Shown here: positions 33,849 through 40,785 of the stretch, one piece after another | How the letters are laid out: each line of letters begins with the position of its first letter | How positions within the stretch are numbered: the first letter of the stretch is position 1 | Source: a virus | Lineage: Duplodnaviria > Caudoviricetes | IMG/VR virus record: IMGVR_UViG_3300005805_000175 | Location: 1 to 40,785 of that record | DNA: 40,785 nt | Direction: 5' to 3' (one strand) | Translations under genes and position numbers: made by a program | Notes under the pieces: model-generated | The model's input: only the letters and a program-made list of their open reading frames with translations | Told to the model about the DNA's origin: nothing | Database searches by the model: none

Positions 33849-34970
33849 TTATGCTTTAATGAGGGTTGGCTTGTTCTGTACTTCCGTGAGGGCGTCTCCG
33901 AGGGTGGTTCCGAATGCTTCCTTGCATTCTTTCCCTTTGAGGCCGGTGGCCTCTGCGTAGGCGTCTTCAAGGTCACCGACCTTGACTGTCACGCAGGCGG
34001 TGAAGCGTTCGATCGGGATGCAGTTGGCTAGGCGCTGGTAGGCCTCCTGGGCGCTCGCAATTTTGCGGGTGTGGCTCCCTGGTTTCAGCTTCCAGGCTTT
34101 GCCATCTCCGGCAGGGATGGATCCCCTCTCCTCGATGCGCTTCTTGGCTTCGGTCTCGCAGGCCGCGATGAACTTTTCGACGGGTGCGCTTTTGGTCAGG
34201 ATCTCTCCTAGCTGCTCATCGGTCAGTGTCTCTGGCGTCAGCGTCTGGGCCTTGGCGATCAGCTCTCCGTGTTCCTTTCGGACGGCTGGGCAGACCGTCT
34301 TTGCTGGGCAGTATTGGCAGGCTTTCTCGCTCGGGTTGTACTCCCCTTCCCCGGCGTATCCGGCGCGGAGGATCTGGTTGATCTCCGTGCGTGCCTGGTC
34401 GATCTCCCTGGGGCCATAAAGGACAACCGTGTCGTCCCTTTTGACCCGTTCGATCATGGCCACGTAGACTCTTGCCACATTGGGGTTGTGCGTCTTTGCT
34501 AGGACCGCAGCCCCCCGGAGCTGGAGGTTTTGTTCTGTTCCCGTCTGCTCCTTCCACCCTGTCTTGTAGTCCAGGATGATGGCGATGGTGTCGTCGATGT
34601 TCTCGTTCTCGTGCTTGGCGATCACGAGACGGTCGAAGAGGCCACTCCATTTGTTCTCCGTGTCCTTGTTCCCCCAGATCCGCAGGTTGTCCCGCAGATC
34701 TTCGGCGATGGTCAGTTCGGTGTTTCCGAGGATCTCCGCGATGATGGCGTCTCCCCTGGCTATGAGGGTTTCAGTCAACTCGGCATCTTTCCTCTTTAGC
34801 TCTATGTCTTGTCCCGCTGCAGCTGCGTGGATGTCTGTCCCTGCTTTGGTGACCGCTGTCCCTTCCTCCTTGGGGACCAGCTTGGAGAGGTTCCAAGAGG
34901 GAGGGCAGAGCTTGATGCGCTCCAATCCGGAGGCGCTGATGTATCCCTGGCGTTCGTCGGTGGTTTCCAT
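33849..34970 (-). CDS. PD-(D/E)XK exonuclease, Cas4/DUF2800-like, with four Cys
   Basis: ISAS......CP; FDRL...DYKTG; QL; CQYCPAKTVC; adjacent to bet. Confidence 0.85.
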   Translation of the reverse strand: METTDERQGYISASGLERIKLCPPSWNLSKLVPKEEGTAVTKAGTDIHAAAAGQDIELKRKDAELTETLIARGDAIIAEILGNTELTIAEDLRDNLRIWGNKDTENKWSGLFDRLVIAKHENENIDDTIAIILDYKTGWKEQTGTEQNLQLRGAAVLAKTHNPNVARVYVAMIERVKRDDTVVLYGPREIDQARTEINQILRAGYAGEGEYNPSEKACQYCPAKTVCPAVRKEHGELIAKAQTLTPETLTDEQLGEILTKSAPVEKFIAACETEAKKRIEERGSIPAGDGKAWKLKPGSHTRKIASAQEAYQRLANCIPIERFTACVTVKVGDLEDAYAEATGLKGKECKEAFGTTLGDALTEVQNKPTLIKA

Positions 34971-34977
34971 GGTTGTG

Positions 34978-35889
34978 TTACCAGCCGATGAGGTGGATGT
35001 CGCGGAGGGCTTCTGTCGCCTGCTCGTCAGTGAGTTCGAGGAGCATCTTGACCTTCACCCCGTACTCTCTCTCGAGGAAGTCCAAGGCCTGCTTCTCCTT
35101 GATCTCCCGTTCCGCGAGGGCCGCGAGGAATTTCTTCTGTGGCGAGTCTGCTTTAAAGGCAGGCTCCTCCGTGGTCTCTGTCTGTTCGGGTATCACCTCT
35201 GCGGGGATCTCTGTGACCGGCTCCTTTTTCGGCTTCTTTGGCTTTTCGGGTGCGGGGGCCTCTCCCATGGGGAGGTTGTCTTCCGTTCCGTCCGGTAGGG
35301 TGAAGATCGGGCGAGCGGGTTGGCTGGCGACTTGCTCCACTCTGCCGGCGATCACCTGGGCTTCCTCCTCGTCGTAGATTCCGCTGAATCCGAAGGCGAC
35401 CCTGGCTCCCTGGATGATCGCTTTATGGCGCAGCATCCGGTGCTTCATCTTCCAGGGGTCCGTGTTTCGGGAGCACTCCGAGAAGTATTCGGTGACCTTC
35501 GTCGGGCGGCTCCGGTCCTTCCGGTAGATGATGGCCGTGCAGGAGATCGGGTTTCCCTGGTCGTCCTCCTTCCATTCAAACTCGATCCCGTCCATTTGCG
35601 GGTGCGAGTTCATCAAGTTCATCCAGCCGTCGACCGAGACCACCGGGACAATCCCTCCATTCTTGGCGGGGAAGGCGTAGAGTTCCTTCGTCAGGGGGTT
35701 GAGGCCGTATTGATTGGCGACCACCACCAGGGCGAGGAGTTCCTCGTTGGTGGCATTCTTAAACACCGTCGCTTTGAGGGTGTTGAGGAGCTTGTCCTGG
35801 TCGGCTCCCAGCCTCATGGCCATGGCGACGAGTGCGGAGGTTTTCTGTTCGGGTTTGACGGCTAGGGCCGTCGATGCTTGGTTGTTCAT
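34978..35889 (-). CDS. bet: Single-strand annealing protein, Red-beta/RecT family
   Basis: QYGLNP..KE.YAFP, VVSVDGW, PW....RMLRHKA.IQ.AR.AFGF.GIYD.EE. Confidence 0.93.
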   Translation of the reverse strand: MNNQASTALAVKPEQKTSALVAMAMRLGADQDKLLNTLKATVFKNATNEELLALVVVANQYGLNPLTKELYAFPAKNGGIVPVVSVDGWMNLMNSHPQMDGIEFEWKEDDQGNPISCTAIIYRKDRSRPTKVTEYFSECSRNTDPWKMKHRMLRHKAIIQGARVAFGFSGIYDEEEAQVIAGRVEQVASQPARPIFTLPDGTEDNLPMGEAPAPEKPKKPKKEPVTEIPAEVIPEQTETTEEPAFKADSPQKKFLAALAEREIKEKQALDFLEREYGVKVKMLLELTDEQATEALRDIHLIGW

Positions 35890-35918
35890 GTTGTTCGTTT
35901 CTCTTTTCGGGGTTGCGT

Positions 35919-36044
35919 TCACTCTAGGTCGGAGGAGGTTGCTCCCTCTTCCGGCCTTTCTTCTTTGTTGAAGGCACCGACTGAGAGCCTTCCCATCAGG
36001 AAGGCGCACAGGCAGGCACCTAAAGCGTAAATCATGGTTTCCAT
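35919..36044 (-). CDS. Small single-TM peptide
   Basis: (MET)MIYALGACLCAFLMGRLSV...; fills the gap; alternative start at 36035. Confidence 0.4.
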   Translation of the reverse strand: METMIYALGACLCAFLMGRLSVGAFNKEERPEEGATSSDLE

Positions 36045-36130
36045 GTGATGCGGTTGTGTTTGGAGAATGGCTGCGCCCCCCTCTTGATCCGGAGGAGTTC
36101 CAGAAGTCGAAGAAGGAGGCGCCTGCTCAT
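36032..36130 (-). CDS. 32-aa basic peptide
   Basis: MSRRLLLRLLELLRIKRG...; ATGA overlap with the next small ORF. Confidence 0.35.
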   Translation of the reverse strand: MSRRLLLRLLELLRIKRGAQPFSKHNRITWKP

Positions 36131-36134
36131 TCGG

Positions 36135-36476
36135 TTAGATCTCCGTTGGGCTTGTGGCCTGGTTGATGAGCTTTTCCTTCAGCTCTCGCAGCTCTTTGTC
36201 CTTCTCGTTGTAGAGTCGGATGAATGTATCTTTCCCATCTTGGGCTTCCTTTAGTTTCGCGGCTATCACCTCGGCGTCATTCTCTTCGTGGATCCTCTTG
36301 GTGAATGGCACCAGGCGGATTTCCACCTCTTCCTGAACCTCGATCATCTTCTCGTGTTTCCCGTATCCCTCTGTCCTTACAAAGGTGGCGCGCTGGATGT
36401 TTCTGATGAAGTCGACGGCATCATTTGATTCCACCAGGAGTTTCACTCCGTGGGGTATTTCGATTAGGGCGTTCAT
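36135..36476 (-). CDS. Hypothetical protein
   Basis: GGAG upstream; coiled-coil-like C-terminus. Confidence 0.7.
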   Translation of the reverse strand: MNALIEIPHGVKLLVESNDAVDFIRNIQRATFVRTEGYGKHEKMIEVQEEVEIRLVPFTKRIHEENDAEVIAAKLKEAQDGKDTFIRLYNEKDKELRELKEKLINQATSPTEI

Positions 36477-36497
36477 GTTTTCTCCTGGAGGTGAGGG

Positions 36498-36884
36498 TTA
36501 GGGGGCGCTGGTGGTTTCGGGAGCTGGTCCTGCTTCCGGGATTGCAGGTTCGGCCTGGGCCTCGGCTACCGGCTCCTGGGTGGTTTCCTCCTGGTTGGCT
36601 TCCGGTGCGACAGATGCCGTCTCGGAAGTCTCCGCAGGGATCTCGCCTTCTGGGCCTTCTGTCCCGACCGGGGCGTCGGGTGTGGGAGGAAGGACGGGGT
36701 CGTTAGCCTCATCTCCAGTTGTGGGTTCCTCCACCGGAGGCAGGGGATTTTCGTCCTGGGAGAAGAAGGCTTTCACCTCATTCACCAGTTTCCGAAGAAG
36801 GGAGTCTCCCTCTCCGATTTCCGTGTAGTAGCCCTGCTCCGCTCGGTGCAGGTAGTTTTCCGCTTTTTGCAGTGTCTCGTTCAT
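36498..36884 (-). CDS. Hypothetical protein with an acidic P/E/T-rich disordered tail
   Basis: Start MNETLQK; low-complexity acidic C-terminal two thirds. Confidence 0.7.
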   Translation of the reverse strand: MNETLQKAENYLHRAEQGYYTEIGEGDSLLRKLVNEVKAFFSQDENPLPPVEEPTTGDEANDPVLPPTPDAPVGTEGPEGEIPAETSETASVAPEANQEETTQEPVAEAQAEPAIPEAGPAPETTSAP

Positions 36885-36930
36885 TTGTTTTTGGGTTTGG
36901 TGTTGGTGACCGTCTTTCCGGCCTGTCAGC

Positions 36931-37191
36931 TCATTTTTGGGGTCTGGAGCGTTGACCGCTTGAAAGGTTGTCGAGGTGTCTCCTGTAGCGCTTGGATACG
37001 GCACTGATGAAGGTTGAGGCGTCCTCGTGGACTGGCTCCCCCTGTTCCTTGAGCCATTCCCAGATCTGGAGGTAGGTCATCCCCTTGGAGCGGAGGATCT
37101 CCACCACTGGGAGCCACCTGTCAGTGTTCCGCTTCGCTGGGGGAGCAGGATTGTGCCGCTTGGCGAGAGTGACGAGGTCGTGGGCAGTCAT
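36931..37191 (-). CDS. Small HTH-like DNA-binding protein
   Basis: LRSKGMTYLQIWEWLKEQG. Confidence 0.65.
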   Translation of the reverse strand: MTAHDLVTLAKRHNPAPPAKRNTDRWLPVVEILRSKGMTYLQIWEWLKEQGEPVHEDASTFISAVSKRYRRHLDNLSSGQRSRPQK

Positions 37192-37433
37192 GGGGTTGGG
37201 AATTTGGAAACATCTTCAGCGGCCTTATCGGATCCCTCGTGGGAGGCCTTGCCACCTACTTCGGGGTGAAGAAGACGATTGAATCCACCGACAAGTCGTT
37301 TCGGGAGCTTTCCCAAGCAGTCCGCGATCTTGTCCAGACGCTCCGTGTAAAGTAGCCAGTAGAGCGTGCAGGAGCCCATCAGGGCACCGAGCACTCCACC
37401 GGAGAGGTTGATGAGCATGTCTTGGGCGGTCAT
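37188..37433 (-). CDS. Small membrane protein
   Basis: N-terminal hydrophobic segment; ATGA overlap with the next gene. Confidence 0.55.
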   Translation of the reverse strand: MTAQDMLINLSGGVLGALMGSCTLYWLLYTERLDKIADCLGKLPKRLVGGFNRLLHPEVGGKASHEGSDKAAEDVSKFPTP

Positions 37434-37437
37434 GGGG

Positions 37438-37644
37438 TTAGGCAACTTTCTTCCTATCTTGGGTGTCTAAAACCTCTTGCAACAAAAAACCGACCTGTCG
37501 GGAGAGAGGTCGGTTTTGCTCTTTAGCTTGTTTTTTGATCTTTGCGACGAGCTCTCTTGGCAGGCGTGCCGTCAATAGCTCGTTGAGTGGCTTCGGCGAT
37601 TTCGATGTAGTCCTGCGGCAGCAGGGTGGTGTTTTTTGTCGCAT
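37438..37644 (-). CDS. Arc/RHH-like DNA-binding protein 2
   Basis: LLTARLPRELVAKIKKQAKEQNRPLSRQVGFLL fits the ribbon-helix-helix pattern; overlaps the upstream ORF in another frame. Confidence 0.55.
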   Translation of the reverse strand: MRQKTPPCCRRTTSKSPKPLNELLTARLPRELVAKIKKQAKEQNRPLSRQVGFLLQEVLDTQDRKKVA

Positions 37645-37777
37645 GAGTCAGGTTTTCTTCAATGAATGCTGTAACTGTCAGGCCTCTGTTTTTAGCGGCT
37701 CTACGAATCCTCGTGGCAAGCGTCCGTGTTACATAGACGCCGATCACTTCTTTATCTGGTGATCTTTGGTTAGCCAT
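37523..37777 (-). CDS. RHH-like DNA-binding protein 1
   Basis: IGVYVTRTLATRIRRAAKNRGLTVTAFIEENL. Confidence 0.7.
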   Translation of the reverse strand: MANQRSPDKEVIGVYVTRTLATRIRRAAKNRGLTVTAFIEENLTHATKNTTLLPQDYIEIAEATQRAIDGTPAKRARRKDQKTS

Positions 37778-37784
37778 TTGCAGC

Positions 37785-37813
37785 ACTATGCGGCAGGTGT
37801 CTAAAACCTGCAA
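37785..37813 (-). promoter_or_regulatory. Sigma70-like promoter with a palindromic operator
   Basis: TTGCAG-N17-CATAGT, 7 nt before the ATG at 37777; overlapped by GCAGGT-N7-ACCTGC (37793-37811). Confidence 0.65.
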
Positions 37814-37871
37814 CATATTTTTTCAGAATTCTTTCATGGCCTGCGGAGCCTGTTTTTATGGGGGGCTGTTG

Positions 37872-38348
37872 CTAGGCTATTCCGTGTGAAAAGATGAACT
37901 TTAACACCCCGTATCCGAAAAACGCGAGAAGCACCCAGTACAAGAACCGGAACGCCCCAACCATCTTTCCATCTGTCATCCGTTCGCAGAGGATTTGGAA
38001 TCGAGGCACCAGCATCGCAGCTGAAATAATGGCCTTCCATGTCACGTCGCTATAGTCGTATCCCATGGCTTTGGCGTGTGGAATCGTAGCGACCGCAAGA
38101 AAGACCCCGCCCCATCTGGCAACCATCAGCCCCTTCATCAGCCTTTCTCTGGTGATTTGGTCGATCCACTTCCTTCTCAAGAAGGCGCAGGATATGAAAA
38201 TCAGCACAGCCATACCCATGACTCCATCTGGGTGTCCAATGTCCCTCGATCCGTAGGTTACTGCACAGAAGAAGAAGATCAGTGCGGAAAGCATCATTCC
38301 TAGGATTCGTAATCCCTGGATGTTCTCTTTGATTGTTTCAGAGGTCAT
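37872..38348 (-). CDS. Multi-pass membrane protein
   Basis: Four to five hydrophobic segments in 158 aa. Confidence 0.7.
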   Translation of the reverse strand: MTSETIKENIQGLRILGMMLSALIFFFCAVTYGSRDIGHPDGVMGMAVLIFISCAFLRRKWIDQITRERLMKGLMVARWGGVFLAVATIPHAKAMGYDYSDVTWKAIISAAMLVPRFQILCERMTDGKMVGAFRFLYWVLLAFFGYGVLKFIFSHGIA

Positions 38349-38390
38349 TTCTTCTTCTTGAGTTCTTCTCTCTGGCTCGGGTCTATCGGT

Positions 38391-38876
38391 CTACCGCATG
38401 TTTTCTTTGATCACCTTCTGCATGGTTGGGATGAATCCTCCCCCGGTCAGGATTAGCACTTCCTCTCCCGTCTTGTTGTCCACTACGGAGATGTTCAAGC
38501 GGTAGACGTCAGGCGGTAGGAAGAGCATCGGGAAGAGGATTCCGCAGGAAGCGGCTACCGCGAGCGCCTGCATGTCTTTACCTTCGTAGACCCCATCCAC
38601 GATTTCCAGCGAGTAGCGAGCGTTCCCGTAGGTGGAGCTTCGTAGATCCACTCTCCCGGCATTGATCCCCGTTGTCCTCACGGCGTCCGTCGAGGTGTAG
38701 ATATTCCATCCGTTTTCCTTGAGCGCCTGTTTCACTGGGGCCGTAATCGGTCCCCCACCCCTCTGGATGGTGATGGTCTTTTCTCTGGGGTCAAATTCTC
38801 TGTTTTTCTCGACTCGGAACGACATGCACCCCGAGAGGGAGGCGGCGAGTAGGGCGATGGCGATGTGTTTTCTCAT
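38391..38876 (-). CDS. Lipoprotein (possible superinfection-exclusion moron)
   Basis: MRKHIAIALLAASLSGC lipobox. Confidence 0.75.
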   Translation of the reverse strand: MRKHIAIALLAASLSGCMSFRVEKNREFDPREKTITIQRGGGPITAPVKQALKENGWNIYTSTDAVRTTGINAGRVDLRSSTYGNARYSLEIVDGVYEGKDMQALAVAASCGILFPMLFLPPDVYRLNISVVDNKTGEEVLILTGGGFIPTMQKVIKENMR

Positions 38877-38904
38877 GGTGCTTTGTTGGAATCGGGAAGG
38901 CTTT

Positions 38905-39789
38905 TTATGCTGAAGGAGGCAGGAGCGGCACTTGCTTTGGAGGCGAGACAACCCCCAGAACAGCGATAATCGAGAGCCTTCTTTCGACCTCGTTTTGCTC
39001 GGCATCATAGCCGATCTGTTCCTCAAACTCGCATTCCAGACTGTCGCCCGGCAAGACCTCGTGTTTGCGCTGGTGATAGGCATCGAGCCACGATGAATCC
39101 AAGATGGAGACGTGGATTTGCTTCCCGTGTCGTATCACCGTCCACTGAGAGGCCCCCAGCATATCCGGGGACTTCACCTTAAAGAATTCCGTCCCACGAT
39201 TGACCTTTCTGGTTACGACTTCCGCAGAGGATTCAACAGGCATAGGAGCCTCGTAATCTTCAAGGGGAATGTCTCCAAGCTCCGTCTGAAACAGCACCCT
39301 ATGACCGTGGAAAAGCGATCGCGCCGCCATGACCCCCTGCAACGCCTCCATCACCTCCTCGACGCGAGGTGCACAGTATCCGACCGTGGATCCGGGAATC
39401 TTCGGGAAATCCCTTTCGAGATCCACCAGCACGTTTTGAACCTCTGAGGGAGAGGGATCAAGCTTTCGAAGGAGCTTGTTTTTTCCCTTCACCAAAAGAG
39501 CGCCGACGAACTTTTTCCACTCCAGAGAATTGATGGCATCGTCGGGAACTGCTCGGATCGCTCGGGCCAGCAAGAGCTTGAGAGAAGAGTGCTCGACATC
39601 ATTGAGGATGGAGACTGGCTCGAGCGATGTATCCACCCCCATCAGCAAGGACTTGTCCAGACCATCAATCGCCTCGATGAGTTGCATCGTTCCGTGGAGA
39701 ACATCCAGCGCATGAGCCTTCCCCTGGTCGTACTCGATAACCAAGGCCACCTCACCCTCCACCAGTTCGGGTTTCAGATTTCTATTCAT
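38905..39789 (-). CDS. Hypothetical accessory protein (294 aa)
   Basis: Long ORF with globular composition; function not recognised. Confidence 0.75.
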   Translation of the reverse strand: MNRNLKPELVEGEVALVIEYDQGKAHALDVLHGTMQLIEAIDGLDKSLLMGVDTSLEPVSILNDVEHSSLKLLLARAIRAVPDDAINSLEWKKFVGALLVKGKNKLLRKLDPSPSEVQNVLVDLERDFPKIPGSTVGYCAPRVEEVMEALQGVMAARSLFHGHRVLFQTELGDIPLEDYEAPMPVESSAEVVTRKVNRGTEFFKVKSPDMLGASQWTVIRHGKQIHVSILDSSWLDAYHQRKHEVLPGDSLECEFEEQIGYDAEQNEVERRLSIIAVLGVVSPPKQVPLLPPSA

Positions 39790-39797
39790 GGGTACAC

Positions 39798-40049
39798 TCA
39801 GGCTCCTTTCCCCTTTTTCTTCAAGTATTTCTCCCTGGCACGCTCCTGCTCCTTCGCTCTGAAGGCCGGATCCGTGGCGTAGCGCTCCCTGTAGCGCTGT
39901 TTCATCCTTTCCCTGGCATCTTGTCGCTGGGCGAACCATTCGGCCTTTCTAGCGGCCTCTGCGGCTCTGAATTCCTCGTCTGTCTGGTAGATCGTCCGGT
40001 ACCGATCAGCGCGGAACTTCTTCTGCTTGATCGGGTCGGCGTATGGCAT
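39798..40049 (-). CDS. Small basic helical protein at the prophage end
   Basis: R/K/E-rich; internal repeat RY...Y.TD..FRA. Confidence 0.65.
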   Translation of the reverse strand: MPYADPIKQKKFRADRYRTIYQTDEEFRAAEAARKAEWFAQRQDARERMKQRYRERYATDPAFRAKEQERAREKYLKKKGKGA

Positions 40050-40055
40050 GGCTAT

Positions 40056-40084
40056 AGTGTCCCATTTGTCCGAATGGGACGCAA
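40056..40084 (-). promoter_or_regulatory. Candidate promoter with palindrome GTCCCATT-N6-AATGGGAC
   Basis: TTGCGT-N17-GACACT, 6 nt before the ATG at 40049; perfect 8-bp inverted repeat at 40059-40080. Confidence 0.55.
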
Positions 40085-40113
40085 GCGGGACAATTCTTTA
40101 TTAGCTTTCGTTA

Positions 40114-40785
40114 TTAAAATGAAATCTTCTCTGTTAAACAAGAGCAGAAAATATTCCTATCCCCATACACATTATCCACGCGCGAGACGCTCGGCCAAAA
40201 CTTGTGGTTCCTGAGCCAGGGGGCCGGATAGGCGGCCTGCTGGCGTGAATAGGGTCTGCTCCAGTCGTCGGAGGTGACGGTGACGGCTGTATGGGGAGCA
40301 CGCTTGAGCGGATTATCGGCCTTATCGAGTTCACCCTTTTCGATGGAGGTGAGTTCGCCGTGGATCACGATCATGGCGTCGCAGAAGCGGTCGAGTTCCT
40401 CCTTGGACTCGCTTTCGGTCGGTTCGACCATGAGGGTGCCGGGGACGGGCCAGCTCATGGTCGGGGCATGGAAGCCGAAATCCATGAGGCGCTTGGCGAT
40501 GTCCTCGACCTCGACTCCGGCGCGGGTCTTCCACTCGCGGAAATCGAGGATGCACTCGTGGGCGACGGTAGCGTTCTCACCCTTGTAGAGGACGGGGAAG
40601 AAGGGTTCGAGACGCTTGGCGATGTAGTTGCCATTGAGGATCGCCAGGGCGCTGGCCATGGCGAGACCGTCCGGTCCCATCATCCGCAGATACATCCAGC
40701 TGATGACCAGGATGCTGGCGCTCCCCCAGGGGGCGGCGCTCACCTCGGTCACGGCTTGCGATCCGCCGGTCGGGATCACGGAGTG
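40114..40785 (-). CDS. gcvP: Glycine dehydrogenase (glycine cleavage P protein), 3' part; last codons phage-derived
   Basis: [59 protein letters not shown]. Confidence 0.98.
   Translation of the reverse strand, partial: HSVIPTGGSQAVTEVSAAPWGSASILVISWMYLRMMGPDGLAMASALAILNGNYIAKRLEPFFPVLYKGENATVAHECILDFREWKTRAGVEVEDIAKRLMDFGFHAPTMSWPVPGTLMVEPTESESKEELDRFCDAMIVIHGELTSIEKGELDKADNPLKRAPHTAVTVTSDDWSRPYSRQQAAYPAPWLRNHKFWPSVSRVDNVYGDRNIFCSCLTEKISF
40142..40152. repeat. att core, right junction (GAGCAGAAAAT)
   Basis: Identical to 907-917; falls within gcvP codons IFCS. Confidence 0.8.

Larger units (their letters stand above)
907..40152. mobile_element. Integrated prophage (podovirus-like morphogenesis, tyrosine integrase) in the gcvP 3' end
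   Basis: Full set of phage modules between direct repeats GAGCAGAAAAT at 907-917 and 40142-40152. An alternative left boundary lies at ~1021-1028. Confidence 0.92.

Noticed and set aside
6828-34778. 12-mer copies as CRISPR repeats, parS or a LexA box
   Set aside because: They are dispersed, too short for CRISPR repeats and non-palindromic; only GTTTCA resembles a parS half-site.
33849-34970. Cas4-like protein as a sign of a CRISPR system
   Set aside because: No array or other cas genes were seen. Its position next to bet fits a Red-like exonuclease.
2511-40588. Numerous + strand and nested ORFs in the six-frame track
   Set aside because: They are shadows of the GC-rich minus-strand genes, which already tile the region with coupled starts and stops.

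Overview
Almost the whole window (about 907-40152) is an apparently complete ~39.2-kb temperate prophage with a podovirus-type morphogenesis module: TerS/TerL, portal, scaffold, major capsid, tail tubular A/B, three ejection proteins, tail fibres and lysis genes. It also has a lambda-Red-like recombination/replication block (Bet, Cas4-like exonuclease, RusA, initiator, J-domain protein) and a tyrosine integrase, which is the only phage gene on the + strand. It is integrated into the 3' end of the host glycine dehydrogenase gene gcvP: the phage supplies a replacement C-terminus and the original end is stranded at 879-917. The left flank looks like the end of an integron cassette array (RelE/ParE-like toxin fragment, PH-domain gene, attC-like sites). 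The most unusual observations are: (1) an initiator-like tRNA-Met with C33 lying in-frame inside a probable protein-coding gene of the head operon; (2) a non-palindromic 12-mer, GGTTTCAGTCAA, present in 8 exact copies with strong strand bias; (3) no CI-type repressor, but two overlapping ribbon-helix-helix ORFs and a shared operator-like motif that also occurs upstream of int; (4) a giant polyvalent ejection protein with an LPD3/BECR-like domain; (5) accessory genes that appear to have been added by duplicating the neighbour's translation start. All calls are by eye from motifs and synteny; no searches were run. The host may be Verrucomicrobiota, but that is only an impression.
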